A stretch of DNA of 64,000 nucleotides from Chloroflexota bacterium (GTDB lineage: Bacteria > Chloroflexota > Limnocylindria > Limnocylindrales > CSP1-4). The notes beneath the pieces are model-generated. The model did not search any database, was not told the origin of the DNA, and saw only the letters and a list, made by a program, of their open reading frames with translations. Positions 29,865-39,603 of this stretch are shown piece by piece (within the stretch, counting starts at the first letter, position 1; each line of letters starts with the position of its first letter). Made by a program: the position numbers and the translations under genes. The DNA lies in NCBI GenBank assembly GCA_003141955.1, contig PLOC01000035.1, positions 25,116-89,115 on the forward strand, in the 5' to 3' direction.

Positions 29865-30887
29865 CTACTTTGGGATCGAGGAGACGAAGAGCGTCACGCC
29901 CAGCAGGGCCGCCAGCGCGCCAACGATCCAGAACCGCATCGTCACCTTCTCCTCGTCCCAGCCCCCCAACTCGAAGTGGTGATGCAGCGGCGCCATGCGG
30001 AAGACGCGCTTGTGGCGGAGCTTGAAGCTGCCGACCTGGATGATGTCCGAGGCGGTCTCGAGCACGAATATCAGACCGATGAAGGGCAGGATCATGATCT
30101 GGCCGGTGATGAGCGCCACCACGGCCAGCATGCCGCCCAGCGAGAGGGCACCGGAGTCGCCCATGAAAACCTGGGCCGGGTGCACGTTGAACCACAGGAA
30201 GCCGAGGATCGCGCCGACCACGATGGCGCACACGAGAGCCAGGTTCGGCTGGGCCGGCGAGTTCAGCAGGGCGATCATCAGGTAGCTGATGAAGGCGAAG
30301 GCGAGCGTGCCCCCGGCCAGGCCGTCGAGGCCGTCGGTCAGGTTCACGCCGTTGCTGGCGCCGACGATCGCGATCACGGCGACGACGATGAAGAAGAGCG
30401 CCCCAACTTCGAAACCGCGATCGGTGAATGGAATCTGGAAGACCGAGGTGAACTCGACGTCGCCTATGAACGGGACCCGAACGCCGTTGAAGCCGAAGTG
30501 GTTCTGGACGTAGATGGCGACGCCGATGGCCACGACCGTCTGCCACACGATCTTCTGGCGGCCCCTGATGCCGAAGCCGGTGCGGGCGTTCAGGAAGTCA
30601 TCCGCGGCGCCGAGAGCTCCGACGAGCGCGAGCACCACCAGGGGCGAGTAGGTCGAGGCATCCATGGCGTCGAAGACATAGGACAGGGCGAGGATGACGG
30701 CCACCAGCAGAACGCCGCCCATGGTGGGCGTCCCCTGCTTGACCAGGTGCGACCCCGGCCCCTCCTCGCGGATCTTCTTGCCCATGCCGAGCCAGTGCAG
30801 CAGCCTGATGTACGGCGGCATGAGGATCACGACGCAGGCGAACGCCAGCAACAGCCCCTGGATGAACACGAGCCCGTGATCGTTCAA
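29865..30887 (-). CDS. mraY: Phospho-N-acetylmuramoyl-pentapeptide transferase
   Basis: KQGTPTMGG, GAADDFLN, NGVNLTDGLDGLA, FMGDSGALSLGG, APLHHHFEL. Confidence 0.96.
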   Translation of the reverse strand: MNDHGLVFIQGLLLAFACVVILMPPYIRLLHWLGMGKKIREEGPGSHLVKQGTPTMGGVLLVAVILALSYVFDAMDASTYSPLVVLALVGALGAADDFLNARTGFGIRGRQKIVWQTVVAIGVAIYVQNHFGFNGVRVPFIGDVEFTSVFQIPFTDRGFEVGALFFIVVAVIAIVGASNGVNLTDGLDGLAGGTLAFAFISYLMIALLNSPAQPNLALVCAIVVGAILGFLWFNVHPAQVFMGDSGALSLGGMLAVVALITGQIMILPFIGLIFVLETASDIIQVGSFKLRHKRVFRMAPLHHHFELGGWDEEKVTMRFWIVGALAALLGVTLFVSSIPK

Positions 30888-32422
30888 CGGTCATCCTCCA
30901 CGGCTCCACTCGACGCCGCCTGACTGGATCCGGCCGCGACGCCGTCTACCCAACTCCCCCGGTCCGCCGCCAGCGATTCGACTATCAATTCCAGCTCGGC
31001 CCCCCGCGAAGCCTTGACCAGGACAGCGTCGCCCGGCCGGAGGATCTCCCGCAGGACGGCGAGGGCCGCGTCTCGATCGGGCACAGCCACGACCGCCTCG
31101 CCCAGCGGGGCCGCCCCGGCCGCTATGCCGGCCGCTCCTTCGCCCACCACCACGACGACGTCCGCCAGGCCCGCGGCCGACGCCCCCACCTCGCGATGGC
31201 CCCGATCGTGTGCTTCGCCGAGTTCCCGCATCTCGCCCAGGACCGCCACATGCCGGCCCGGGAGAGTCGCCAGCAGTTCGAGCGCGGCGATCATCGACGC
31301 TGGCGAGGCATTGTATGAATCGTCGACGATGGTGAGGCTGCCCGCGCGCACGACCTGGTCGCGGTGCGGGGCCTGCCAGCCGCGGCCGAGCCCGGCGGCG
31401 ATCAGGTCCAGGTCCAGGCCGGCGGCGATCCCCACGGCCGCGGCGGCCAGCCCATTGTGGACGCCGTGGCGTCCCAGAGCCGGAGTGGCGGTCCGGACCC
31501 GCCCCGCGGGCGTGACCAGCGTGAAGCGCATCCCGTCCAGGCCGGCGGCGACGACATCTTCGGCCCGCACGTCCGCCTCCGCGGCGAAGCCGTAGGTCAG
31601 GGCCGGCGCGGCGGTGCGGCCGCGCATCCGGACGACCCGCGGATCGTCGGCGTTGAGGACGGCGACTCCGTCGGCGGGAAGCGCCTCCACGAGCTCGCCC
31701 TTGGCCCGCTCCACCGCCTCGATCGAGCCGATGCGCGAGAGATGGACCTCGCGCACGGCCGTCACCACTCCGATCTGCGGCCGCGCGATGGCCGCCAGCT
31801 GGGCGATCTCGCCACCCACGTACATCCCCATCTCCAGCACGGCCGCCTCGTGTTCGGGACCCATCCGCAGCACCGTGAGCGGCAGGCCGATTTCGTTGTT
31901 GGCGTTGCCCTCGCTCTTCAGGGTGACGAAACGCCCGGCCAGGACGGCCGCAACGGCCTCCTTGGTGGAGGTCTTGGCGATGCTGCCGGTCACTCCGACG
32001 ACCAGCGGCGAGAAGCGCCGTCGCCAGGCCGCGGCCACGGCGTGCAGGCCGAGGAGCGTGTCGGGGACGACTATCGCAGACGCGGTGCCGCGCGCCAGGT
32101 CGGCATCCTCTTCCGGAAGCTCGGAGACGAGGAGGGCAGCAGCGCCGAGCGCCAGGGCCGCACCGATGAAGCGATGGCCATCGGTCCGCTCACCCGGAAG
32201 CGCGACGAAGAGGTTACCGGGCCGAACCAGCCGCGAGTCGACGGCAGCGCCGGACACCGGTCGTACGCAGGCAAGCACCAGCTGGCCACCGGTGACGGCG
32301 GCTATCTCGGCGGCAGTCAGGGGGATCGGCCCCGCTCCAGGCCGAGACTCCGGTTGGCGGGCATCGGTCACCGTTCCAGTGTCGCACAGCCAACCGCGCT
32401 CGGTGCCGGATACGGCCGTCAC
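30884..32422 (-). CDS. murF: UDP-N-acetylmuramoyl-tripeptide--D-alanyl-D-alanine ligase
   Basis: DSRLVRPGNLFVALPGERTDGHRF, GVTGSIAKTSTKE, DDSYNASP. GTGA overlap with the ftsI stop. Confidence 0.9.
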   Translation of the reverse strand: MTAVSGTERGWLCDTGTVTDARQPESRPGAGPIPLTAAEIAAVTGGQLVLACVRPVSGAAVDSRLVRPGNLFVALPGERTDGHRFIGAALALGAAALLVSELPEEDADLARGTASAIVVPDTLLGLHAVAAAWRRRFSPLVVGVTGSIAKTSTKEAVAAVLAGRFVTLKSEGNANNEIGLPLTVLRMGPEHEAAVLEMGMYVGGEIAQLAAIARPQIGVVTAVREVHLSRIGSIEAVERAKGELVEALPADGVAVLNADDPRVVRMRGRTAAPALTYGFAAEADVRAEDVVAAGLDGMRFTLVTPAGRVRTATPALGRHGVHNGLAAAAVGIAAGLDLDLIAAGLGRGWQAPHRDQVVRAGSLTIVDDSYNASPASMIAALELLATLPGRHVAVLGEMRELGEAHDRGHREVGASAAGLADVVVVVGEGAAGIAAGAAPLGEAVVAVPDRDAALAVLREILRPGDAVLVKASRGAELELIVESLAADRGSWVDGVAAGSSQAASSGAVEDDR

Positions 32423-34263
32423 CCCTCCGGGGTCGCATTCTTCGTGCCGGGTGGCGGCGGCCCATCCGGGTTGGGCGGGATCCGCTCGGTAGTCACGGCA
32501 TCCGTGGCAATCCGGCGGAACAGCTCGTAGGACTGGACGGGCATGTCCAGCACACCCTGCTTGATGACCGTGGGCGTGCCCTCGAAGATCACCACGCCGA
32601 TGACCAGGTCAGGCTGGCTGTGTCCGACCCAGCCGTAGAAGCTGTAGTTGTAGTCGTCGACCTTCCAGCCGCCCTTGCCGCCGTTGAGGTTCGGATCCCA
32701 GATCTGGGCGGTGCCCGTCTTTCCGCCCACGTAGTAGCCCTTGATGTAGGTGCGCTCCGCGTACGACGGGACCGCCGTCACCACGTACTCCATCAGCCCG
32801 GTCAGGCTCTTCGACAGGCTGGCGCTGATCACCCTCGGCCCCGTCGGCGTAGCGGTCGTGGCCGCGGCCTGGCCGATCTTGGCATCCGAGAGAACGACGC
32901 AGGGCGTCACCAGCGTGCCGCCGTTAACCATCGCCGCGTACGCGCGCGTGACCTGGAGCGGCGTCGCCGCGACGCCCTGGCCGAACGAGGCATTGGCGAG
33001 ATCGATCTGCGCCCACGGGGTGACGGCGGGGTCGTGCACGATGCCCGGCACCTCGCCGGCGACGTCAATCCCCGTCTTCTGGCCGATCCCGTACTTCAGC
33101 CACGTCTGGTACAGCACCTCGGAGGCGGCCGCGGTGGTCTTGCCAAGCCGGAACGCCACCTGCGTTAGGCCGACGTTGCGGGAATAGGCCACCATGTAGG
33201 CGAAGGTCCTCCAGCCCTTGGCCTTGCGATCCGCGTCGGCGACCTCCTGGCCGTCGGCCAGCTTGAGGACGCCGTAGTCGTCGATCTCGGTCGTCAACGC
33301 CGTCGTCTTCGTCTCCAGGGCCGCGGATGTCGTGAGCATCTTGAAGACCGATCCCGGTTCGTAATCCCGGGTGACGACCGGGTCGTTGAACAGGTCGGGA
33401 TCCTGATCCGCGACCTGCGAGTAGTTGTTAGCGTCGTATGCGGGGTAGCTCGCCTCCGCCAGGAGCTCGCCGGTGTTGGGGTCCATGACCACCGCGGAAA
33501 CGGTCTTGGCCTTGTCGGCGATCCAGGCGGTGAAGACCTCCTGCTCGACCTGGAGCTGCAGCCCGGCGTCGATGGTCGTGCGGATGTCCTGGCCGGGCGT
33601 CCCGGGATCGATGATCTTGGTCCCGTCCGGCCCGGCGACGGACGGATCGATCTGAACGACCTTGGGCCGGCCGGCGAGCACGGAGTCGTACTCCTGCTCG
33701 ATCCCGTATTGCCCCTTGCCAGCGGCATTCACGAAGCCGAGGAGCTGTGAGGCCAGAGACGTGTTCGGCGCCCCGCCGGCCTGAGGATAGACGCGGACCG
33801 GTTGCTTCTCGAACGAGATGCCGGCCAGGCCGCCCACGGCCTGGTCCTCGATCATCTCCTGGTAGGTGTCCGAGTCCACGTCGGTCGCGAGCAGGATGTA
33901 ATAGGACTCGGTCTCCATCGCCGACCGGACCTTGACCGCGTCCTCGCCGCTCAGAGAGAGATAGCCGATCAGCGCGTTTGTGGTGCTCACTTTCTGGGCA
34001 GCGGTGAGGTCATGCGGGTCCCCGATCACGCGATACATGTCGACGGTTTGGGCCAGCACGATCGTCCCGGTCCGGTCGTAGATCGTGCCCCGCTGCGCCG
34101 GTATCGTCTCCGTCTGGATCGACCCCTGGGCGGCAATCTGCGACAGGTTCTGTTGCTGGCCGATCTGCCAGTACGCCAGGCGCGCCGCCATGCCGGTCGA
34201 GACAACGATCACGACCAGCAGGATCGAGAAGAGGCGGGCCCGAGAGTCGGTCCGGCCGAGCAT
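32419..34263 (-). CDS. ftsI: Class B penicillin-binding protein / peptidoglycan D,D-transpeptidase
   Basis: N-terminal TM, PBP dimerisation region, then the transpeptidase motifs SVFK, SRN and KTGTA. Confidence 0.9.
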   Translation of the reverse strand: MLGRTDSRARLFSILLVVIVVSTGMAARLAYWQIGQQQNLSQIAAQGSIQTETIPAQRGTIYDRTGTIVLAQTVDMYRVIGDPHDLTAAQKVSTTNALIGYLSLSGEDAVKVRSAMETESYYILLATDVDSDTYQEMIEDQAVGGLAGISFEKQPVRVYPQAGGAPNTSLASQLLGFVNAAGKGQYGIEQEYDSVLAGRPKVVQIDPSVAGPDGTKIIDPGTPGQDIRTTIDAGLQLQVEQEVFTAWIADKAKTVSAVVMDPNTGELLAEASYPAYDANNYSQVADQDPDLFNDPVVTRDYEPGSVFKMLTTSAALETKTTALTTEIDDYGVLKLADGQEVADADRKAKGWRTFAYMVAYSRNVGLTQVAFRLGKTTAAASEVLYQTWLKYGIGQKTGIDVAGEVPGIVHDPAVTPWAQIDLANASFGQGVAATPLQVTRAYAAMVNGGTLVTPCVVLSDAKIGQAAATTATPTGPRVISASLSKSLTGLMEYVVTAVPSYAERTYIKGYYVGGKTGTAQIWDPNLNGGKGGWKVDDYNYSFYGWVGHSQPDLVIGVVIFEGTPTVIKQGVLDMPVQSYELFRRIATDAVTTERIPPNPDGPPPPGTKNATPEG

Positions 34264-34275
34264 CTGTCCGGCTTC

Positions 34276-34671
34276 CTAGCGCGCCGGAAGGACTACCGGC
34301 GCGGGCAGCTGACTCAGGCCATCGGCGATCGCCTGGCGGCTGATGGCGGATTGACGACCCACCCGGCCGATGTTGGAGGTGATCTGCTGCTGCTGGTTCT
34401 CGAGCTGCAGATAGTCGTCGTTGAGCAGGGACATGTCGTAGCCGCTGGTCGAGACGCGAACCGTCTGGACGAGCGAGAAGAAGCTCAGCAGGAAGGCAAC
34501 GACGATCGCGCCGATGATGAAACCCACCGTGCGTGGACGCCGGTTCGCGCGCATGGCAACGCGTGACCGACGGCGCGGAAGCGCGGGCGCCTGGGGGCGG
34601 AGGAGGGGGGCCTCCAGGCGCCGGCGCGGAAGGAACATGGAGCGCGGCCTGGCGCCTTCATAGACAGCCAT
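34276..34671 (-). CDS. ftsL: FtsL-like septum formation protein
   Basis: Single TM (VGFIIGAIVVAFLLSFFSLV) followed by a short coiled segment (LLNDDYLQLENQQQQI). Canonical position upstream of ftsI. Confidence 0.6.
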   Translation of the reverse strand: MAVYEGARPRSMFLPRRRLEAPLLRPQAPALPRRRSRVAMRANRRPRTVGFIIGAIVVAFLLSFFSLVQTVRVSTSGYDMSLLNDDYLQLENQQQQITSNIGRVGRQSAISRQAIADGLSQLPAPVVLPAR

Positions 34672-34872
34672 CTAGTCGATCCCTTGAAGCTGGAACCAGT
34701 TCCCGGCCGCCTCGCGGGCCGCCGGCGTGGTGCTCCAGCGCTGCTCGGCCTGGGGAGAATCGAACTCGCCAGGCCAGTCGATGACGCCCCAGAGTCGATC
34801 GGCGCGCTCGTGCAGCTCGTGCTGCCGGCGGCCGTAGCTACGGCGGCGGCTGGATTGATGGCGCTTGCTCAT
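34672..34872 (-). CDS. Small basic Trp-rich hypothetical protein (66 aa) between rsmH and ftsL
   Basis: Internal ATG of ORF 34672..34971 (MSKRHQSSRRRSYGRRQHELHERADRLWGVIDWPGEF...NWFQLQGID). About 85% GC at third positions. Its TAG abuts the ftsL ATG with no gap. Confidence 0.45.
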   Translation of the reverse strand: MSKRHQSSRRRSYGRRQHELHERADRLWGVIDWPGEFDSPQAEQRWSTTPAAREAAGNWFQLQGID

Positions 34873-34897
34873 CGGCTTCCGCTTTCCAGTTCGGCGC

Positions 34898-35917
34898 TCA
34901 TGCGGCCACTCGCTCCGCGCCCCGGAGACGCGCACTGCGGGAGCGCGGGTTGGAGTGGATTTCGGCGGCACCGGGCGTGCGCGACCTGCCGAGAGAACGA
35001 AGACGCGGCTGGCGACCGCAGACGCAGATCGGAACCTCGGGCGGGCAAATGCAGCCCCGCTGCTCGGTCGCGATGAAACGCTTGACGATGCGGTCCTCCA
35101 GAGAGTGGTAGCTCAGCACGACGAGGCGGCCGCCCGGCCGGAGCAGGACGAGAGAGGCCGCGAGGCCTGCCTCCAGTGCACCCAGTTCGTCGTTGACGGC
35201 GATTCGCAGCGCTTGGAAGACTCGCGTGGCGGGGTGAATTCGACGGCCGCGGGCCTTCCCCGGCACCGAGCGCTCCACCAGTGCCGCGAGTTGCTCGGCC
35301 GTCTCGATCGGCGTGCTGGCGCGCGTCTCAACGATCGCCCGCGAGATGCGCCCGGCGAAGGGCTCTTCTCCGTACTTGCGGAAAAGCGCCGTCAGCTCGC
35401 GCGCGTCCAGGGTGGCGAGCAGGTCTGCGGCCGGACGGCCGCGGCTGGTGTCGAAGCGCATGTCGAGGCTCCCGCCCGCGCGAAACCCGAAGCCGCGCTC
35501 GACATCGCCGAGCTGGTAGCTCGACAGCCCCAGGTCCATGAACAGCCCATCCACGGCTCCGAACCCGGCCTCGGGCGCGACCCGTGCCAGCTCGCGGAAG
35601 TTGGCCTGACGCAGCACCGCCCGATCGCCGAAGCGGGCCAGGCGTCGTCGGGCCCTGGCGATGGCCGCCCCATCGGCGTCGAGCCCGAGGAGGCGGCCAT
35701 CAGGAGCGCTGGCCTCCAGGATCCGCTCGGCATGGCCAGCTCCACCGAGGGTGGCGTCGATTTGGAGGCTGTCGGCGTTGGCGGCGAGTGTTTCAATTAC
35801 CTCATCCACCATCACCGGCAGGTGCCCTACCTCCCTTTCGGCGCCCCCCTCGGGAGAGCCTTCGACGGACTCGCCGTCCCGGGCCGGCCCGAGCGGATCC
35901 CGGAAGTTGTCATTCAT
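34898..35917 (-). CDS. rsmH: 16S rRNA (cytosine1402-N4)-methyltransferase
   Basis: Internal ATG of ORF 34898..36454. HLPVMVDEV, DATLGGAGH, DLGLSSYQL, GFGFR, HPATRVFQALRIAVNDEL, SYHSLEDRIVK. Confidence 0.95.
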   Translation of the reverse strand: MNDNFRDPLGPARDGESVEGSPEGGAEREVGHLPVMVDEVIETLAANADSLQIDATLGGAGHAERILEASAPDGRLLGLDADGAAIARARRRLARFGDRAVLRQANFRELARVAPEAGFGAVDGLFMDLGLSSYQLGDVERGFGFRAGGSLDMRFDTSRGRPAADLLATLDARELTALFRKYGEEPFAGRISRAIVETRASTPIETAEQLAALVERSVPGKARGRRIHPATRVFQALRIAVNDELGALEAGLAASLVLLRPGGRLVVLSYHSLEDRIVKRFIATEQRGCICPPEVPICVCGRQPRLRSLGRSRTPGAAEIHSNPRSRSARLRGAERVAA

Positions 35918-35919
35918 CG

Positions 35920-36348
35920 CTAGATGCCGAGCCCGGTCAGGTGCGAGGCGAGAGCGTCGGCCGAGTTGACGGCCTGCTGCGACTTCGCCCACCGACCCGG
36001 GTCCCAGATTTCGACGTGATCTCGCGCGCCGACCACGACGGCGTCGGCCCCGACCCCGGACCACTCCTTGATCGCCGCGGGCAGCAGGATCCGGCCCTGC
36101 TGGTCGGTTTCGACCTCGAAGGAACCGGAGAACAGGAACCGAGAGAAGGCCCTGGCGCGCTCGTCCGAGATCGGCAGTTTCGAGACCTTCTCGGCGAGCT
36201 CCTCGAATGACGATCTCGGGAAGATGGCGGCGCAGCCGTCGACCCAGCGGGCCAGCATTGCGCCCTCCCCCAGAGGCGCACGGAACCGAATCGGGATGGC
36301 TACCCGACCCTTGGCGTCCACCGAGTGCCTGTATTCGCCGGTGAACAT
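35920..36348 (-). CDS. mraZ: Transcriptional regulator MraZ
   Basis: MFTGEYRHSVDAKGRVAIPIRFR... and the second repeat DQQGRILLPAAIKEW. First gene of the dcw cluster. Confidence 0.93.
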   Translation of the reverse strand: MFTGEYRHSVDAKGRVAIPIRFRAPLGEGAMLARWVDGCAAIFPRSSFEELAEKVSKLPISDERARAFSRFLFSGSFEVETDQQGRILLPAAIKEWSGVGADAVVVGARDHVEIWDPGRWAKSQQAVNSADALASHLTGLGI

Positions 36349-36483
36349 CGATCCGTCGCCTGCTCGTCTCTCCGCGGAAGGCCGCGTCTCCATGTGGCCG
36401 GTGGCTCGTGGATTCGGGTCCCGGTCGGCGCTCCGATCGGGCTCCGATCCCCACCTGGTGGGTCCTGCTCTAGGGCAATGCCT

Positions 36484-36518
36484 TCACTCTCTACCACCAA
36501 CCACCACAATTCGCCACT
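36484..36518 (-). promoter_or_regulatory. Four direct GTGG/GTGA repeats at exact 10-bp phasing (candidate MraZ operator)
   Basis: The minus strand reads AGTGGcgaatTGTGGtggttGGTGGtagagAGTGA, immediately downstream of the -10 element. Confidence 0.6.
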
Positions 36519-36524
36519 TGGCGG

Positions 36525-36552
36525 ATCATACACCCGCTCCGCCACACGTCAA
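36525..36552 (-). promoter_or_regulatory. Sigma-70-type promoter of the dcw cluster (Pmra)
   Basis: The minus strand reads TTGACG (36552-36547), a 16-nt spacer, then TATGAT (36530-36525). Confidence 0.55.
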
Positions 36553-36678
36553 CGTGCGTTCGCAGAGGGTTCCAAGGGCGGCGCCACCACCGGCCTGCGG
36601 CCTGCGGCACGGCCTGGCGCGCGCCACAATCCGAGCGGCGGTCGCCGCGCCAGCGATCCCACAACGCGGAGGAGAGCG

Positions 36679-36981
36679 ATGCGCATCCTGGCCATCGAAC
36701 GGCCCGTCCCCGGCGTGGCCGACGACCGGTTTACCCCAGACGTGTCAGTCGCTGAGGCCCGTCGGGCGTGGGAGTTGCATCAGGCGGGATCGATCCGCGA
36801 GCTCTTCTTTCGGGCTGACGAGTCCGCAGCCGTGCTGACCTTGGAGTGCGACGACGTGGGCGAGGCCCGGCGGATGCTGGCGACCCTGCCGCTGGTCGCG
36901 GCCGGGCTCATCGACTTCGAACTGATCCCCCTGCGAGCCTATCCGGGCTTTGGCCGGCTGTTCGCTGACTCGAGCTCATAG
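36679..36981 (+). CDS. Muconolactone delta-isomerase-like (ferredoxin-fold) small protein
   Basis: Internal ATG of ORF 36325..36981, preceded by GGAGGAGAG. The 100-aa pattern MRILAIERPVP...AWELHQAGSIRELFFRAD...LATLPL...FELIPLRAYPGF resembles the MIase family. Confidence 0.55.
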   Translation: MRILAIERPVPGVADDRFTPDVSVAEARRAWELHQAGSIRELFFRADESAAVLTLECDDVGEARRMLATLPLVAAGLIDFELIPLRAYPGFGRLFADSSS

Positions 36982-37369
36982 CGCAGGGTCGAACCATGGT
37001 GGCGGGGCCGGGGATGTAACGGGCCACCCAATCGGAAAGCTGGCAGGAAAGGCTCTCGGCCAGATCGGGCGTCGCTCCGCCGCTCTCATAGGACTGGCGG
37101 AACCCGGCCAGGATCCTGATCAGCTCGGCCCTGGCGATTCCGTTCCACTCGAGCGCCGGGCAGCTTCCGCGCAGGGAGCAGTCCTCGTCCATCGAGAAGT
37201 GGCGGACGGAGTAGTCGCCGAAGTCGCGCAAAGCCCGCTCCACGACCGGCCGCTCGCTGCCGCGCTCGATAGTGGCGACCAGCGCGGCCGCCCGTTCAAC
37301 GAGCGATCGATGCTGGGCATCGAGAAGCGGAGCGCCCGTTTCCATGCCCGACTGCCAACCGATCGTCAT
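36908..37369 (-). CDS. Hemerythrin-like protein with degenerate metal-ligand motifs
   Basis: The N-terminus IGWQSGMETGAPLLDAQHRSL and VRHFSMDED match bacteriohemerythrin motifs. The later HxxxH and WxxxHIxxxD positions are not conserved. Confidence 0.6.
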   Translation of the reverse strand: MTIGWQSGMETGAPLLDAQHRSLVERAAALVATIERGSERPVVERALRDFGDYSVRHFSMDEDCSLRGSCPALEWNGIARAELIRILAGFRQSYESGGATPDLAESLSCQLSDWVARYIPGPATMVRPCAMSSSQRTAGQSPDRLAGGSVRSR

Positions 37370-37548
37370 CGCCCCGACTCCTGCGCTGGGCCGGCGGATG
37401 AGCCGGACTCGCCTTTATCTTGCGCGTTGCAGGTTGTGTCGCCGCCAGTGCCATAGGGCCCGCCCGGCCCGGTACGCTGTCGCAGCCGCCCCGGCCGACC
37501 GGGTAGGTGTCGGAGCGCGCTCGGGCCGGCGAGAGGGGCAGGCCGGCT

Positions 37549-39603
37549 TCAGGCAGCCCGGCGGCGCCGGCTGACCGCCGCGTCGATGTCGTTCCCCGGT
37601 TCGCGCCCGGACAGGAACGTGGGCGTCACGTCCCCATCAAGACGGAACCGCGCGGCGAGCGTCTCGAGACTGGAGGCCATGTCCGCCATTGTCGCCGCCG
37701 AAGCCACGACCTCCTCCGCCTGGGCGGAGAGTTGCTCCGTCGCCGCCGAAACCTCCTCGGCCGAGGCCGAGTTCTGATCGCTGATCGCAGCGATCGACTC
37801 CACGGCACGAGCGACCTGTTCGGCGCTGGCCGACATCGACTCGGCGGCGGCGTTGGTCTGCTCGGCGATCGTGGCGATCGCGTCGGAGGCGGCGACCAGC
37901 CCGGCGCTGCTGGTCTGCATCGCTTCCATGGCCTGGACGATCCGCCTGACGGCGGCGCTGGACGACTGGACGGCTCCCGAGATGTCGTCGAGGGCGGCAC
38001 CGGCACGCTCGGCCAGCCCCGCGCCGGCCTCGACTTCGGCAGCCCCGACCTGCATCGCCTTGACGGCCGCCTCGGTCTCGCCCTGAACGTCGGCGATGAG
38101 ATCGGCGATCTCCTTGGTGGCATGGGACGAGCGTTCGGCGAGCTTGCGGACCTCGTCCGCGACGACGGCGAAGCCCTTGCCCTGCTCGCCGGCGCGGGCC
38201 GCCTCGATGGCCGCGTTCAACGCCAGCAGGTTCGTCTGCTCGGCGATGTCGTCGATCGTCTCGACGATCGCGCCGATCTGGTCGGACTTGGCGCCGAGCA
38301 CCGTGACCTTGGCCGCCGCCCCTTCGACGGCGCCCTTGATGCGGGCCATCCCGTCGACGGTCTGACGGACCGTCGACGCCCCATTGTTGGCCGCTTCGGC
38401 GACCGCCCCGCCCAGGTTGTGGACGTCGGTCGAGGCCCGCGACGCGGACCGGATGGAGCGAGTCATCTCGTCTACCGCGGTCGCCTGGGCATCGACACTG
38501 CGGGCCGTCTCGGCGGCGCCGACTCGAACCTGCTCGATGACGTTGTGCAGGTCGGCCACCGCGCCCGTCGTTTGATTCGAGGCGCGCGCCTGGTCGGCGG
38601 CCCCGGCCGCCACCTGCCCGATCGTATGGGCGATCTGCTGCGACCCGTGGCCCGACTGAACGGCGGCACCGTTGACCTCGGCGGCCGTGTGGGAGACGGA
38701 CTGGGCGGCGGAGTGGACCTCGCCCAGGGCAGACGAGAGGTTGACGCGGGCCTGCTCGTAGCTGTCGATGGCGGCGTGGAGCCTGACCAGCATGGTGTTC
38801 GCCGCCTCGGCTGTCTGGCCGATCTCGTCTCTGCCGTACCTCTCGATGGGCCTGGCGCCGGCCTGGGCCCGCACCGTCAAGTCGTTCTGAGCGAGAGCCG
38901 CCAGGCCGGCCTCCAGGCTGCTGCCGCAGCTCTCGGCCATCGACGTCAGAGCTCGATGAACGTCCTGCACGCCGTTGACGATGCCCCGGGACAGCAGCAG
39001 GACGAAGACCGAGCCGATCGCAACCGAGAGCGCGCAGCCACCGACCAGGAGGATTGGCAGGAATCCGACCAGGGAATTGGCGTCTGAAACGGCACCGCCG
39101 GCTCCTGTGGCCACGGCGCCTTTGAGGCCGTCGAGGTCGGCGTCGAGTGTCGCGTAGGTTGTGCCCGGCCGGCCGTCCACGAATGCCACCAGCTCAAAGG
39201 ACTTGTCGGCCGTGGCCAGGTCGGCGGTCACAGCCAGGTATGCCTGCCAGTCGACCTTGACGGTCATATACCTGGCATGCTCGTCCTGACTGAGTGTCAG
39301 AGCAGCGAGGGTGTCGAGAGCGCCACCGGCCTCGCTTTGATCCTTCGCCGTGCGGGAGGCCGCCTGCGACTGAAACGTCGGATCCTCGGCGGCAAGATAG
39401 GCCAGCTGGTCCCCGTGGTACTGCGCCACGGCCGTGTGGAGGTCTCCAACCGCGCGGGTCGCCGGCAGATAGGTGCTGTTCACGGCGGTCACATCGGTCC
39501 GTGCAGCGCCGGCGCACAGGACCGTCGCGGCCGCGGCGAAAGCCATGATGCCGATCACGATCGCGAATACGCCGACGAGCTTGAACCGGAGCGAGCGACG
39601 CAT
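37549..39603 (-). CDS. Methyl-accepting chemotaxis protein (4-helix-bundle sensor, HAMP, MA domain)
   Basis: Two TM segments flank a periplasmic helical domain. The signalling hairpin is highly conserved: [40 protein letters not shown]. Confidence 0.93.
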   Translation of the reverse strand: MRRSLRFKLVGVFAIVIGIMAFAAAATVLCAGAARTDVTAVNSTYLPATRAVGDLHTAVAQYHGDQLAYLAAEDPTFQSQAASRTAKDQSEAGGALDTLAALTLSQDEHARYMTVKVDWQAYLAVTADLATADKSFELVAFVDGRPGTTYATLDADLDGLKGAVATGAGGAVSDANSLVGFLPILLVGGCALSVAIGSVFVLLLSRGIVNGVQDVHRALTSMAESCGSSLEAGLAALAQNDLTVRAQAGARPIERYGRDEIGQTAEAANTMLVRLHAAIDSYEQARVNLSSALGEVHSAAQSVSHTAAEVNGAAVQSGHGSQQIAHTIGQVAAGAADQARASNQTTGAVADLHNVIEQVRVGAAETARSVDAQATAVDEMTRSIRSASRASTDVHNLGGAVAEAANNGASTVRQTVDGMARIKGAVEGAAAKVTVLGAKSDQIGAIVETIDDIAEQTNLLALNAAIEAARAGEQGKGFAVVADEVRKLAERSSHATKEIADLIADVQGETEAAVKAMQVGAAEVEAGAGLAERAGAALDDISGAVQSSSAAVRRIVQAMEAMQTSSAGLVAASDAIATIAEQTNAAAESMSASAEQVARAVESIAAISDQNSASAEEVSAATEQLSAQAEEVVASAATMADMASSLETLAARFRLDGDVTPTFLSGREPGNDIDAAVSRRRRAA

